From: Chiloscyllium plagiosum | Taxonomy: Eukaryota | Direction of reading: 5' to 3' | NCBI RefSeq assembly: GCF_004010195.1 | Contig: NC_057745.1 | Location: 8,467,591 to 8,531,590 of the forward strand | DNA: 64,000 nt | In this document: in pieces, positions 25,261 through 38,997 of the stretch | Layout: the number at the start of each line of letters is the position of its first letter | Numbering within the stretch: position 1 is the stretch's first letter | Program-made: the position numbers and the translations under genes | The notes under the pieces: model-generated | Databases searched by the model: none | The model's input: the letters and a program-made list of their open reading frames with translations, nothing else | What the model was told of the DNA's origin: nothing

Positions 25261-27860
25261 GTGCACACAGATGTGCTTTACCGTAAATATGCTCTGCATA
25301 AGGTCCATGTTTAGTTGTGCTTCCACATGAGTATGACTTACCTAACAGCAATAAAAGGTGAGGATTATAAAACAACCCAAATCATAAAGGCGTCCACTCT
25401 AAAACGGTCTCTCGGGTTTACTTACAGAAATAAAAGCAACATATTTTGAATTTTGTACATCAATAGCAAGAAAAGTGGTGAAAATACTTAACAAATCTTA
25501 CAGCATCTGCAGAGAGAAAATAGTTAGGGTTCAGGCAAGTATGTGCATGATATTTGACTCGACCCACTAACTCTGTTTCTCTCTCCATGGATTATAAGAG
25601 ACCTGTTAAGCATTTCCACCACTTAGCTGTTATTGATTACTTAAGCACTGGACTCGAAGATACCTCATGCGTGGGAATGAAAACAGAAACTGCTGAGAAA
25701 ACCCAGCAGGTTTGGCAGCATTGTGGAGAGAAACACTTAACATTTCAAGTCAGGTATGACTCCTTTTAGAAAAAGATGATGTTATGCTATTGACAAAGGG
25801 GAAGGAGAATCAAGTGGAACAAATGGTGAGCGCGAATAGAGTTAAGGACAAATAGAATGCTAACGGTAATATAGAAGAGATATAAGTGCAGAATAGGGGT
25901 TCAAAGGTGCTTTCATTGTATGGAAATAACTTGCAAGACTTTTTTCCAGACAAGTGACAAGGTGCTGAAGGAATGCAAGCTTTTCTGGGTTGTCAAATAA
26001 GCAGAATTTCAGCTTCACATTAACATTTAGGATTAAAACATTTTGTATAATCTACACAGTATGTTTCCAAACGTTTAATGCTAACTTTATCATATGGCCT
26101 ACCTAAATTCTAAAGATGTTGACTTTGAAATATTTCTTTCTCCCTGCACCAACCTTGCTTAGATTTAAGACACAGTGTCCAACTCAACTTCACTTTACCT
26201 GCTCCCTCAATCTCCTCTTTCTCATTAAATGTGCATTCATTTTAAAATCGGCATTTGCAATATGACTAAAATGAATGCATTTAAAAATGTAAAACAAGAC
26301 AATTCCATAATTAATATATTAGTTTATTAGAGTTCACAGAAAACACGACAGTGTAATTTTCCGGTTACAGCAGCATTGGTTTGCAGTAGTCACTATAAAC
26401 TAGTGGTTTTATAATTTATTTTACAGAAATAGTAACTTCTCAAACATGGTTTAGTCTGAGAAATTTCGCAGGGAAAAAAGTTATTTTACTATATGAGGAA
26501 TCAAATTGCATAAATAGTCCAAGTCTTTTCAAGTCATCTCTCAACTTAAGCCCACATTTCTTTCAGGCGAAGTTCCTTGCCAAGAGTATCCCATCACAAA
26601 ATTCCCTTTCATATTTTTAAACAAATGTTCAAAATGTCACATTGGTTTGCATAGTTTTTTTTTTAAAGAAACAAAATTATTCAGTATACATAGTTTTTGT
26701 TTCTAAATTCAGTTGCTATAGCTTCCATTAAACAGCCTCTAAAATGCTCAAGTTAAATATATTTTCATTTTCATAAACTTTACCATTTTTGATAAAAAAA
26801 CAATGCATTTTCTAGCCACTTAATTTACTATTTCAATTGTTACCCTAACTGACCTAACTGTTTTTTCTCCCAAAACATCTTACCTTGCAGTTATCTTGCA
26901 ACACGAACTACCCTGCATTTATGTAACACTAAGGCACGGAAAACAGTAGTGCGAGACCTAGCTAATAAATCCTGACTTGAAGTGGACTGGTGCTGGCTGT
27001 AAATTACATCTAATGTCCAGATAAAAGCATTAATAATAGGTTTTCCTTAATATTCTGGTGGGTACGTGCACTGTGTAATTATTGTATGTAGTCACACAAA
27101 ACCCACGTTCAATTCTCAACCTGGGCTGAGGAAAGGGATCTCAAACAGAGTAATATTGAAGATAATCATATGCTGAGCTTAATGTCCTCCTATTTCAAGG
27201 ATCGAAAGGGTAAAATGTAGTTAGCCTATCACTTGAGCCTTGCAGGAAAAGACTTATGTGAAAATCAGGTGATGTTAGGAACTGTGATGCATCTTCTCTT
27301 CACCAGTTTAAGAAAGTCAAAGAAAAAGCTGGGCCAAAAACAAAATATAGGGATTGTTGGAGAGGCTAGCATATAAAATAAACTTTTATTTACAGCCAAC
27401 ACTGGGATGTGGAGCAAGTCAAGATTCTAACAGCTTATAGCACTCAGTTTAGGAAAGCATGTCGAGCACCAGAGATAAAAATACAATCCTGTTGGCGAGT
27501 TTCAAAGCTTTACGCTTTGGAGTTAGAAGAAGATTTTAATACAAGTCTGACAAGCACCTGAACAAACTGCCTCACTCCTTCTAGAATCCAGGTAATACTT
27601 CTTAGACTGCATTCATCTAAATTTTGAATTTGGTTCTCCACGCTGTTATCTAAATAATCCAGGAAGACAGGTAAAAAAAAATGATTTAAAAAATCACAAA
27701 CTAGAAAGTAATTATTGATTGACTTCAGTCAGAAAATTTAGTTCTGCAAAATTTAGCCTGAATTTTATGTTTGTCAGGAATATTCCACAATAAATTGGAA
27801 TTTAACAGCACCACATCCTTGATGTCAAAAACTCTGTCTCAAAAGCAAATATTCTTCTCA

Positions 27861-28010
27861 NNNNNNNNNNNNNNNNNNNNNNNNNNNNNNNNNNNNNNNN
27901 NNNNNNNNNNNNNNNNNNNNNNNNNNNNNNNNNNNNNNNNNNNNNNNNNNNNNNNNNNNNNNNNNNNNNNNNNNNNNNNNNNNNNNNNNNNNNNNNNNNN
28001 NNNNNNNNNN
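27861..28010. other. Assembly gap (150 N)
   Basis: Direct. Confidence 1.
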
Positions 28011-28366
28011 CAGCTCAGACTTTCATCACATTTCTTGCCCTTGATCAACTTCAAATCAAACATGCAGCCGTTCTTTATTCACGAACCAAGAAAAAATGTT
28101 TTAGTTGACTATATAAGCATGGATAAACTACAGAACAGTCTGGAGGTATCATTCAATATCTGTGAAGAGACATTTTCCAACTGAACAAAGTAGTTTAATA
28201 CAAATTAAAAATTCAGAAAAAGTAAACAAAGCCTCAGTTCTTCAAATAGGGCACTGAGTGCTAAAAAATTAGAAGTTAAAAGATCTCTTTTCAGCAAGTG
28301 ATGTTATAGACAGAATTCGGTTCAAAATAGTTAACAGTTTGGTAACTGAACTGTTTTCTTAGATGA

Positions 28367-28575
28367 AAACCCAAAAGAACTGCAGATGTTGGAAACCAGA
28401 AACAAAACTAGAAATTGCTGGAAAAAAACTCTAAGTCTGGCAGCATCTGTGGAGAGTTAAAGTTTTGGGTTCAATGACCTTTCTGCAGAAGTTCTGAACT
28501 CAATGTCAACTCTGATTTCTCCCCATTGATGCTGCCAGACCTGTTGAGGTTTTCCAGCAATGTGTGTTTCTGTTT
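28367..28575. mobile_element. Older fold-back Penelope-like terminal element (family 2)
   Basis: ttgctggaaaa..tctggcagcatc / gatgctgccaga..ttttccagcaa inverted arms plus ctgcagatgttgga tail. Confidence 0.6.
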
Positions 28576-29317
28576 TCTCTGATTGCCTGATTGAAATAGT
28601 ACAAAAAAAGTCCACTTTTATTGTTATATCTATGCCAGTGCTAGGAATGAACTGGAGTTCACATCCTTTCCCATTGCAAATATTTAATTCAAACCCATTT
28701 GAGACAATATCACTGTCAACAACTGCTTGAATGTATTATACAGAATTTAAAATGTCTTCCTCTTTTTTTCTTCATGTGGTAATCCTTAATCTACAACCTG
28801 TGGTTACCCAGCCAGAGGAAATCATCTTACACTATTTATTCTTGAGACAGATATTTAAAAGACACAGGGGAATCATGTTCATCATATACAGACTTGTTAG
28901 TGTCATAGAGCTTAAGTTAAGAGAGGCAGATATATTTAGTTTTATAATCTCATTGTGCTAGTCAGGACACAAATTATAGATAGGGTCATTTTAGCTTGCT
29001 CAAATATTGAGTGGCATGCCAGAATCAGTCCAGAAGTGTCCTGTTTGTAGATGGTAGATTTCATAAAGAAGGTTCAATGTTCAAAACCAACAGCACATGT
29101 TGGAAGTCAATGCCTTAACCTTTGGCACTCTAAAACACAGCCAAGAAAACAACTGAAGTTGTCATGTTGAGGGCAAAACATTAAAATACACCACATTAGA
29201 TTGCTTACTTTCAGAATCCACAGCCTGCATTTTGAAAGTAATTGATTTAATTTTTCAAAAATTCTCTGATAAACAGATTAAAGAATAAGACTTTTGTTCA
29301 TGGTGCAGGTGGTTTGT

Positions 29318-29895
29318 TTATGGTCTCAATTTCAGTGCTGGGTGCGTCAAAGTTAAAATTGACACAACTGATGAAATAAGACCACAAAGACTCACCACTC
29401 CAGGATTGATTCTGAAAATGCCGAGCTTGTCTAAGGGGAGGGATAGATCACAGAGGTTTTTAATGAGGTCGAGTAATACAGGGGGGTTGTTTTTAAGGCT
29501 TTGATAAAGCAACATGAAGAAATCTTCAGAACTGATCTTTAATGCCCAGCCAAAGTCTCTTTGCACATGACTGGTGTTCAGGTGGTTTATGGATTTGCAC
29601 TGTTGGCCCTTTTGGGCCAGTGCTTCTTCTCTCAGAAGCAGGGTAATCTCATAGACATCTCTGCTCAGACTGATAATCAATGAGAAGAAATAGTAGTGGT
29701 TGCACCGCTTATTCCATTTCTCCTTGTCAATACCACCAAGTCCCACTGCTCCCATCCAGAGAATATTATCGCAAATGAAGTACACAGCCCGACTGAGAGG
29801 AATGATGGTAAGGCAAAATCGAAGAATTGGGTCCGAAAGGTGTATGTTTCTTCTGGCTGCCTGAACTGCATCCACTGTGTTGCCCAGTCGGAATA
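29318..29895 (-). CDS. PEX11A: Peroxisomal biogenesis factor 11 alpha, exon 3 (LFRLGNTVDAVQAA...HPALKLRP*)
   Basis: FRLGN, YFICDNILW, LSRDVYEI, PPVLLDLIKNLCDL..PLDKLG motifs; tttcag acceptor; 578 nt, phase 1. Confidence 0.96.
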
Positions 29896-30823
29896 CTGAA
29901 ATAAAGCAGAGATTTAATACTGTAACAGCTTTTACCTGTTGACAACAGTTGAAATATAATTAAATTGTTCTGGATGAGGCACCAGCAATTTAACTAGAAA
30001 CAAGTTCTCTCTCTCTCTGGCCAAACTTTCAAATGGTAAATCTCCTCTATCTTGGGGGAATCACCCCATTGATTCTGCACATCATGTAGTCACTGATATA
30101 CAAGGCTGAGGTTGCTATGAATGCGAAGAGCAGGAAGAAAACAGACTTCATTCTCCTGCAACAGGAATCGGTTGTTGTCTAAAGGTGGTGCTGCAGGATG
30201 AACAACAAAATCAATTTTATACTCACCTAGGAGGCTCACCCTGCCCATTTTGCCAGTAGTCTCCCAATCACACCCAGGCAAAACAAAAACTGATCCTCAG
30301 TGTTGGCCTCCCTGACGCCACTCCTGATGCGGGCATCTACTCGCTGCCTTTATCAGGCTCCACTTTCACTCTTGGCTTTTGTACCATTGCAACTGGGGCC
30401 AAAGCCTCTGCTTTGCCTCTCTGACTCCTCATGTGTGGCTTCAGCACTGATGTGGATGTCACAATGCATGGAAGATATTGGTGTGTTGTCAGAGCATATG
30501 CATCTGTGCGCACATAGTGATCCAACTGCACTATGGACAATCAAATCAAATACATAAACAGCCTCTACCAACTAGCTACATGTAACCATTTAAAAAAGGC
30601 AGGTATGATCCCATTGTAACAGAATTCACAGATGGAAATATACCATTAGAAATGCTGCTTACAGAAAATGGAGCAGACTATTTTGTGCCAACATGAAAGG
30701 ACAATCTTATTTACTTACAGCATAATCAATTTCTATTGTATTTACAAATATTGCTTGGAAAATTTTCATTATTAGAATTGAATAGAGAATTTTCTCCCAA
30801 AACTACACAAACATGAATCCCGT

Positions 30824-31120
30824 GGGCGGCACGGTGGCACAGTGGTTAGCACTGCTGCCTCACAGCACCAGAGACCCGGGTTCAATTCCCGCCTCAGGCG
30901 ACTGACTGTGTGGAGTTTGCACATTCTCCCAGTGTCTGCGTGGGCTTCCTCCCACAGTCCAAAGATGTGCAGGTCAGGTGAATTGGCCATGCTAAATTGC
31001 CCGTAGTGTTAGGTAAGGGGTAAATGTAGGGGTATGGGTGGGTTGCGCTTCGGCGGGTCGGTGTGGACTTGTTGGGCCGAAGGGCCTGTTTCCACACTGT
31101 AATGTAATCTAATCTAATCT
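30824..31120 (+). mobile_element. Young HE1-like tRNA SINE
   Basis: A box TGGCACAGTGG, B box GGTTCAATTCC, (AATCT)n tail. Confidence 0.9.
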
Positions 31121-31879
31121 AAAATTGTAGGGGTCTGAGCAATGATGGCTATGGTGAAATGTGTAGCACAACTGAACAAGAAGTGTGGGTTGAGCAGGAG
31201 CATCTTCCACCATTTAAAATACTCTCCGCAAGTTGAGCCAGGCAGCTGCAAGTTGCTATTTAAGGGAGATTATTATTTGTTAAACATCTTGATAACAGCC
31301 CAACTCATTCATTAATATTCAGATTTCTATCTTAGCAAAACCGCCAAACAAGCTTGGCATCAAGAAAACACAGCACGGAAATCAGAGAACCAGGCAGATT
31401 CAACTCACCACCTCCTCCAAATAAGTCCTATGCTGGACACCGGATACCAACATCTCAGGGCATGGTCCATGGGCAGCAACCACACACTCCATAGGCATCT
31501 GACATGTGCCAGTCTCTATGAACCCACATCACACATCTCCGATCCACTTACAGAATACATCTGTACTTCAGTGCTGCACCGGCCACTCTCATTGTAGCAC
31601 TACAGCAAGGATGCTATGTACTCAGGGACAGACCCCAAAATCAGGAACTGGACTAGGTTGCATTCTGGGCTTTTTGCTAGCTGTAATATCACTCACTCAC
31701 TCGGAGCTTACCTGCTTGCACACAGATTCCTTGCCATCCATAGTCTTGTCTTTTTGCACTTCTCCCCCCCTCAGCCAGATACTAGCTTCATATTACTTCT
31801 GTCTTGCTTTACCATTAAGCACAGACACAAAGCTTGCCATGTCAGCATGCCTCAGTGGAGTCAACAGGCATAGCCTTTA

Positions 31880-32853
31880 CTCAGAGGGTCCCAGCATAGT
31901 AATTTAAAGGCATGTCAATCCAGGACCTGCTCAGTTAGTCAGATTTAGAATTCTCTCCACATTAGTGTTGAGGAGCCAAACGTTGGGCAGCACATCACCA
32001 TTTTGACGCTTTCCGCTCTACTATGGGTTATTTTTCTCCTAAAACAGGCAAAAATAAAGGGAAATGAAAGTGGGTGGCACAACTGTTCCCTTTGTTGCAA
32101 GATGGTGTCCGAAGCAAGTGAGTAGGCAGCACAGAGGACGTGCAGACTCAGTGATGTCACAGGTTGGGGGTAGGTGACAGTGAGTATGGAAGATGCTGCG
32201 GGTGATAATGAGAGTGGCAAAGCATGAATCTTAGAGAGATGGGTGCAATAACAGAGACAGAGTGAGTGTGAAGTATCAGAGAGAAAATGGTGCCATTTAT
32301 GCTGGCAGAGTGGAGGGCATTTTCCTTTTCCTGCAATGCTGTACATTAATCCAGAAATGTAAGACTACTTTATTGCAAGTGGCAACATCAGAGCTGCCTG
32401 GCATGGTCTGTCAGGACCTCCACTACTGATCCTGGGAAAGAGGAAGTCAAGCCTGTGCACCACCTCATCCAGTAAGAATTCCAGGTCTAGCCTATAAACC
32501 TGGGTACACATTTTCCCCTTAACCTTATCTGCCATATTAGGGGAAAAATGTCAGCAATCATGCAGGGCAACTCCAGACTGACGGTGTTTCTCTGGGTGCA
32601 CAATGGGTTTTCAAAAATTGCACGGATGCAAGGAATACTTGTGAAATCTGGAATATCTGCTGAGTGCCAAGTTGTTTTAGGACCAGTGCATCGTAAGATA
32701 GGGCTGGAATCAGATGTGAGTGACACCATAGGGGCAAGGGGTGTAGTTACTTCTAGTAAGATACAGCAAGAAAACAGCTAGACCTACCAATGAATAAGCC
32801 TCCATTAAACTTGGTGCAACTTCCACTTGCTCAAAAAATGTCAGATTCAGCCC
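31880..32853 (-). mobile_element. Possible decayed PIF/Harbinger transposon (Myb/SANT-like gene remnant)
   Basis: Minus-strand fragments LDEVVHRLDFLFP, QHCRKR and KITHSRAES resemble Harbinger Myb/SANT proteins; GGGCTGAAT-like end at 32853. Confidence 0.35.
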
Positions 32854-33489
32854 TTTAGTTTCATTTCAGAATAGAGGTAAATCGGATAACTGTCACTTGG
32901 TAGCACTGTCACTTCTGAAACATAACAGTTAGAGGTTCAATCCTTGTTATAGGCTTGGGAACAAAATCTGGGCTGATATTATCCTGCATTACTGAAAAAA
33001 GTGCTACATTCTCAAAGCAGCTGTCCTATGGAAGTAATTTAAACAGAATTCTTTTCCACGTATTCAGGTGGATGCAACATCAGTCGTTCATTTGCTATTT
33101 GTGGAATCATGCTGAGTACACACTTGGTGCCATAGTTCCCAATGGATCCCCATGACTGCACTTCAAAAAAAGTGATCATAACATAAGAAAAGTATGATTA
33201 GGTTCTTTTTCCAATCAATAGAAAAAAAACTTTTCTATGTATCAGGACAAACAAAAACAAACTAAATGCATGCAATTGCTTGGCACTTTTATACTACAAG
33301 CTGCTGTTAGCTTATCTATAAGACTTAGCCCTAGGTCTACTTGGACTGGGTTCCACAGGCTGTGTTAGAGCTCTGCTCCCTGTCTATTTACTTCTCACAG
33401 ATGACTAGCAAGAAGTGTCCCTTCAGAATCAATCCTGTTTTTCAGTAAGACAAGTAAAATTAGACACTGATGACTAAGAAGGGGTGGAG

Positions 33490-36400
33490 AAGACAAACTA
33501 AGAGCTTAGTAAAAAATAAAAAGAGAGAGGCATACATAAGGTTTAGGAGACTGAAGCCAGACACAGCCCTCAGAAAATACAAAGATAGCAGGAAAGAACT
33601 CAAACATGCATCAGGAGGGCCAAAGGGAGCCTTGAAATGTGCAGGTGGAGACACTGCTGGGGCCTTGTACGAAATCTTCATATATGCTTTAGCCACATCA
33701 GAGGACTACAGAATAGCCAATGTTGATTTGTTGTTTAAGAAGAACAACAGGAATAATCCAGGAAATTATAGGATAGTGAGCCTAATGACAGTGGAAGGGA
33801 AGTTATTAAGGATTCTTAGGGATAGAATTTCTTCAAATTTGGAAAAATACAGTTATTAGTGCTGGGCAGCAATGCTTTGAGAGGGGAAAGTCATGTCTCA
33901 CAAACTTGATTGAGATTTTTGAGGAAGCACCAAAAATGATTGATGAGGGCAAGGTGGTAGATGTTGTCTATTTGGACTTTAGTAAGGCCTTTGACAAGGT
34001 CCTTTATGGTTTTGGCAGGCTGATACAAAAGGTGAAGTCACATGAAATCCACAGTGAGGTGGTATGGCAGATACAAAACTGGCTTAGTCACAGAAGACAG
34101 TAGCGATGAAAGGTCCTCAGTGCTGGGATCCCGGTTGTATAACAAACAAAATATGATTTGGAGGAGAATATACGTGGACTGATGCTATACCTCTAGTACG
34201 TCAGATGGATCAGTCTTTGTCCAATGTGTGCAGGAGGGTTTCCTGATACAGTATGTTGAAGGGCCGACAAGACGGGAGGCCACCCTCAGTCTAGTGCTTA
34301 GTAATGAACCGGGCCAGGTGTTTGATTTAGTAGTAGGTGAGCACTTTGGAGAGAGTGACCATAATTCGGTTATGTTTAATTTAGCAATGGAAATGAATAG
34401 GTACATGCCACAGGGCAAGAGTTATTGATGGGGCAATTATAATGCAATTAGGCAAGACTTAGGATGCATAGAATGGAGTAGCAAAATGCAGGGAATGGGG
34501 ATAATCGAAATGTGGAGCTGGTTTAAGGAACAGATAGTGTGTGTCCTTGGTAGGTATGTCCCTGTCAGGCAGGGAGGAAGTGATAAGGTAAGGGAACCGT
34601 GGTTAAGGACAGAAATTGCATCTCTTGCTAAGCGGAAGGAGGCTTATGTGACGATGAGATGAGATGGTTCAGATGAGATGATGGAGAGTTACAGATTAGC
34701 CAGAAAGGATTTGAAGAGAGATAAGAAGAGCAAAGAGAAGACATGAGCAGTCTTTAGCAGGTAGAATAAAGGAAAACCCTAAAGCTTTCTATAGGTACGT
34801 GAAGAATAAAAGGATGACTAGGTTAGGAATAGGGCCAGACAAAGAGAGAAGTGGAAAGTTGTGTGTGGACTCTGTGGAGATTGGAATGGTGCTAAACCAA
34901 TATTTCTTATCGGTTATCACTCAGAAAAGGAGAATACTGTAGAGGAGTAGAATGAGATACCAGATATTAGACTAAAAAGGATAGAGGTTAGTAAGTGTTA
35001 TCAATTCTAGAAGGAGCGAAAGTAGACAAGACCTCTGGGCTGGATGGGAATTAACTGAGGATTCTTTGGTAAGCTAGGGAGGTGGTGTTGGAGCCTTTGG
35101 CTTTGATCTTTGTGTCATCGTTGTCTACAGGTTTAGTACCACAGAACTGGAGGATTGCAAATGTTGTGCCCTTATTCAAGGGCAGTGGAGATGTTCCAGG
35201 TAATTATAAACCAGTGAGCCTTACGAGGAAAGGTTTTGGAAAGGATGATAAGAAATAGGATTCATAATTATCTAGCAAGCAACAATTTTATTACAGATAG
35301 TCAACATGGTTTGTCAAGGGCAGCTCATGTTTCACAAACCTCTGAGTTTTTTGAGAAGGTGACCAAGCGTGTGGATGAGGGTAGGGCAATTGACGTGGTG
35401 TACATGGAATTCAGTAAAGCCACACGGTAGCCTGCTGGAGAAAATGCAAAGGCATGAGATTGAGGATGATTTAGCAGTTTGGATTAGAAACTGGCTTTCT
35501 GTAAGAAGGCAGAGAGTGGCAGTTGATGGAAAATATTCAGACTGGAGTCCGGTTACTAGTGGTGTGACACAAGGATCTGTTTGGGACCACTGCTGTTTGT
35601 CATTTTTATAAATGACTTAGACGCAGATATAGGTGGATGGTTTAGTAAGTTTGCAGATGAAACTAAAGTCGGTGGAGTAATGGACAGTGTAGAAGAATGT
35701 TGCAGGTTGCAGGGGGGCTTGGATAAACTGCAGAATTGGACTGGAAGGTGGAAAATGGAGTTCAATGCTGATAAATATGAGGTGATTCAATTTGGGAAGA
35801 ATAACTGGAAGCTTTAATTTTGGGTCAATGGAAAGATTCTTGGTAGTGTGGATGTGCAGAGGGATCTTGGTGTCCATGTACACAGATCACTGAAAGTTGC
35901 CACCCAGGTTGGTAGTGCTGTTAAGAAGGCATACGGTGTGTTAGGTTTCTTTGGTAGAGGGATTGAATTCAGGAGCCATAATGCCATGCTGCAACTATAC
36001 AAACTACTAGTACGGCCGCACTTTGAATATCATGTACAGTTCTGGTCGCCCCATTACAGAAAAGATGTGGAAGCATTGGAAAAGATGCAGACGAGATTTA
36101 CCAGAATGTTGCCTTGTCTGGAGGGAAGGTCTTAGACAAAACGCTGAGACACTTGGGTCTGTTCTCATTGGAAAGAAGGCAGCTAGAGGGGATTTGATAG
36201 AGACATACAAGATGATCAGAGGATTAGATAGGGTAGACAGTGAAAGTATTTTTCCTAAGATGATGAGGACAGCTTGTACATGGGGGCATAGCTACAAATT
36301 GAAGGGTGATAGGATTTAAGATAGATGTCAGAGGCAGGTTCTTTATTCAGACTGTTAAGGGCATGGAATACCCTGCCTGCCAATGTAGTTAACTCAGCCA

Positions 36401-36525
36401 CGAGGAAGATTTAAACAATCCTTGGATTAGCACATGGATGATGATGGGATAGTGTAGGGGGATGGGCTTAGGTTAGTTGACAGGTTGGCGCAGCATCGCA
36501 GGCGCCAACATTGTTCTATGTTCTA
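33490..36525 (+). mobile_element. Two juxtaposed CR1 LINE fragments (33490-34185 and 34186-36525)
   Basis: PGNYR.VSL, DVVYLDFSKAFDKV; second copy restarts in the endonuclease (QEGFLIQYVEGPTR, GESDHNSV) and runs to the ttctatgttct tail. Confidence 0.9.
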
Positions 36526-38256
36526 AGTGGGTGGGGATGATATTCATATGGGAATGTGGATGACTTCCACTTCATTTGGGCAGCCATTTACTGCTACTCT
36601 CCTGTTATTATCAAATTAAACTCTCATTCACTCCCTTCCATTCAGAAATGCTTTCATAGCCATCCCCTGAAACTAGGACATATCATACCTACATTGTCTT
36701 GGGGAATCACTGAGTCAGGAAATCATCTGCATAACGATTCCCCAGGATCATGGCATTTACATTTACATTATTTCCAAGGATGACCTCATCCTACTAATAG
36801 ATCTGAGGTAACATGCGATTATTGGGGTGGGGGTGAGTGGCCAGAATACCTGTAAGCCAACTGACCTGTATAAAGGGGATGAATTTCCTTGATTCTGGAC
36901 CTCTTTTGACTTGACTTCACACAACTGCGAGGAGGGTCAAAAGAGAGTCACCTAGCTTGTACAGGCTTTAACTGTTTGCAGAAGCTGGCGTGTGCGCATT
37001 GCATATCGTGTGAGAAACCTCGGGAAAAAAAACCTAACACCTGTCCAAATGTTGTAACTGTACCTGCATCCACAACTTCCTCTGGCAGTTCATTTCACAT
37101 ACAAATCATGCTGAATGTGAAAACATTTCTCCTCAGGTCCCTTTCAAATCTTTCGCCTCTCACCTTGTCTATGTCCCTCATGATTATATAACCCTCCACA
37201 TATAATCAGGGATACCCTTCAGCCTCCTATGCTCAGGGAAAATTGTCCCATGTTCTTCACTATCCACCCTCCTTTCCTTTGTCTGCCTGCACTATGAGTG
37301 ACTTTGCATGTCAGCTCTGATATTCAGTCTACATTACTCTTACCTCAGAGCAAGATGTTGTAGGTTCAAGCCCAATTCCAAGGATTTTGGGCACAAAAAC
37401 CTCAGCAAACAGCCCTGTGATAGACTGATGTACAGACAGAGATGCTGCCTTTTGAATGAGATGATAAAGCATGGCCCACAATTTATTCACAATGAAAATT
37501 TGAAATGTATACCACCTTACTCTCCTTCTACACTAATGCTAATACATGTCACTTTATAAGCGTTCAATAAAGCATCCAATTGCTGCCCTCTAGCTGTTTA
37601 TACTTGACCATAATTTATATAATTAACAGCCTTGTCTGTTGTCTCAGGTTGACATAAAACTCCTATGGCAATAAACAGAAGAGCAGCAGGGGAATAATCT
37701 CCGGTGTCCTGATCAGTACGCATCTTCTAATCATCCACACTAATCCCGATTACCTAATCATTTTCATACTGCTATTTGTGGAGATTTGGTGAACACAAAC
37801 AAACTACTCAGTTGCCGATATGTCAACAACTGTACTCATAGAACATTACAGCGCAGTACAGGCCCTTCGACCCTCAATGTTGCACCAACCTGTGAAATTA
37901 ATCTGATGCCCATCTAACTTACACCAGTCCATATGTATGTCCAATGCCCATTTAAATGCTCTTAACGTTGGCGAGTCTGCTAATGTTGCAGGCAAGCCAT
38001 TCCACCCCCCCCACTACTCTCGGAGTAAAGAAATCAGCCCTGATATCTGTCCTAAATCTATCACCCTACAACTTAAAGCTTTGTCCCCTTGTGTTAGCCT
38101 TCACCATCTGAGGAAAAAGGGTCTCGCTGTCCACCCTAGCTAACCCCCTGATTATCTAATAGGTCTCAATTAAGTCACCTCTCAATCTTCTTCTCTTCAA
38201 CCAAAACAGTCTCAGTTCCTCAACCCTTTCCTTGTAAGACTTTATTTCCATACCAG

Positions 38257-38773
38257 AGTTGAAAAGTGTGGTGCTGGAAAAGCGTAGAAGGCCAGGCAGC
38301 ATCAGAGGAGCAGGAGAATCAACGTTTCAGGCATAAGCCCTTCTTCAGGAATGAGGCTGGTGTGCCATGCGGGCTGAGATAAAAGGTGGCTGGATGGGTG
38401 GGTGGGAGTTTGCAGGAGGGGCACTGGGAATACAATAGATGGAAGGAGATGAGGGTGAGGGTGATGGTGATTGGCCAGAGAGGTTGGGAAGAAAATTGCA
38501 GGTCAAGAGGGTGGTGCTGAATTCGGGTGTTATCTCAGCCCCAACCCCCGAATTCAGCACCGCCCTCTTGACCTGCAATCTTCTTCCCGACCTCTCCGCC
38601 CCCACCCCGTCTCTGGCCTATCATCCTCACCTNNNACCAGCCTCATTCCTGAAGAAAGGCTTATGCCCGAAACGTCGATTCTCCTGCTCCTCGGATGCTG
38701 TCTGGCCTGCTGCACTTTTCCAGCATAATTTTCAACTCTGGTCTCCAGCATCTGCAGTCCTTACTTTCTCCTC
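38257..38773. mobile_element. Long (about 517 bp) fold-back Penelope-like element; hammerhead-like cores at 38321-38348 (-) and 38649-38676 (+)
   Basis: Inverted arms centred near 38535; 17-bp TSD ctttatttccataccag at 38240-38256 and 38774-38790. Confidence 0.85.
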
Positions 38774-38997
38774 CTTTATTTCCATACCAGGCAACGCCCT
38801 AGTAAATCTCCTCTGTATCCTTTCCAAAGCTTCCACATCTTTCCTATAATGCATTGACCAGAACTGTATGCAATACTCCAGTGCAGCCTTACCAGTGTCT
38901 TGTACAGTTGAAGCATGACCTTGTGTCTCCAAAACTCAATCTCCCTACTAATAACGCCAACACACCATATGCCTTCTTAACAACATTATCAACTTGG

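Noticed and set aside
28617-28840. PEX11A polyadenylation signals (AATAAA on minus at 28617-28622 and 28835-28840)
   Set aside because: Several candidates in AT-rich DNA; cannot choose without transcript data
30824-30900. tRNA gene
   Set aside because: A/B boxes belong to a SINE head followed by SINE body and tail; the same holds for the other copies
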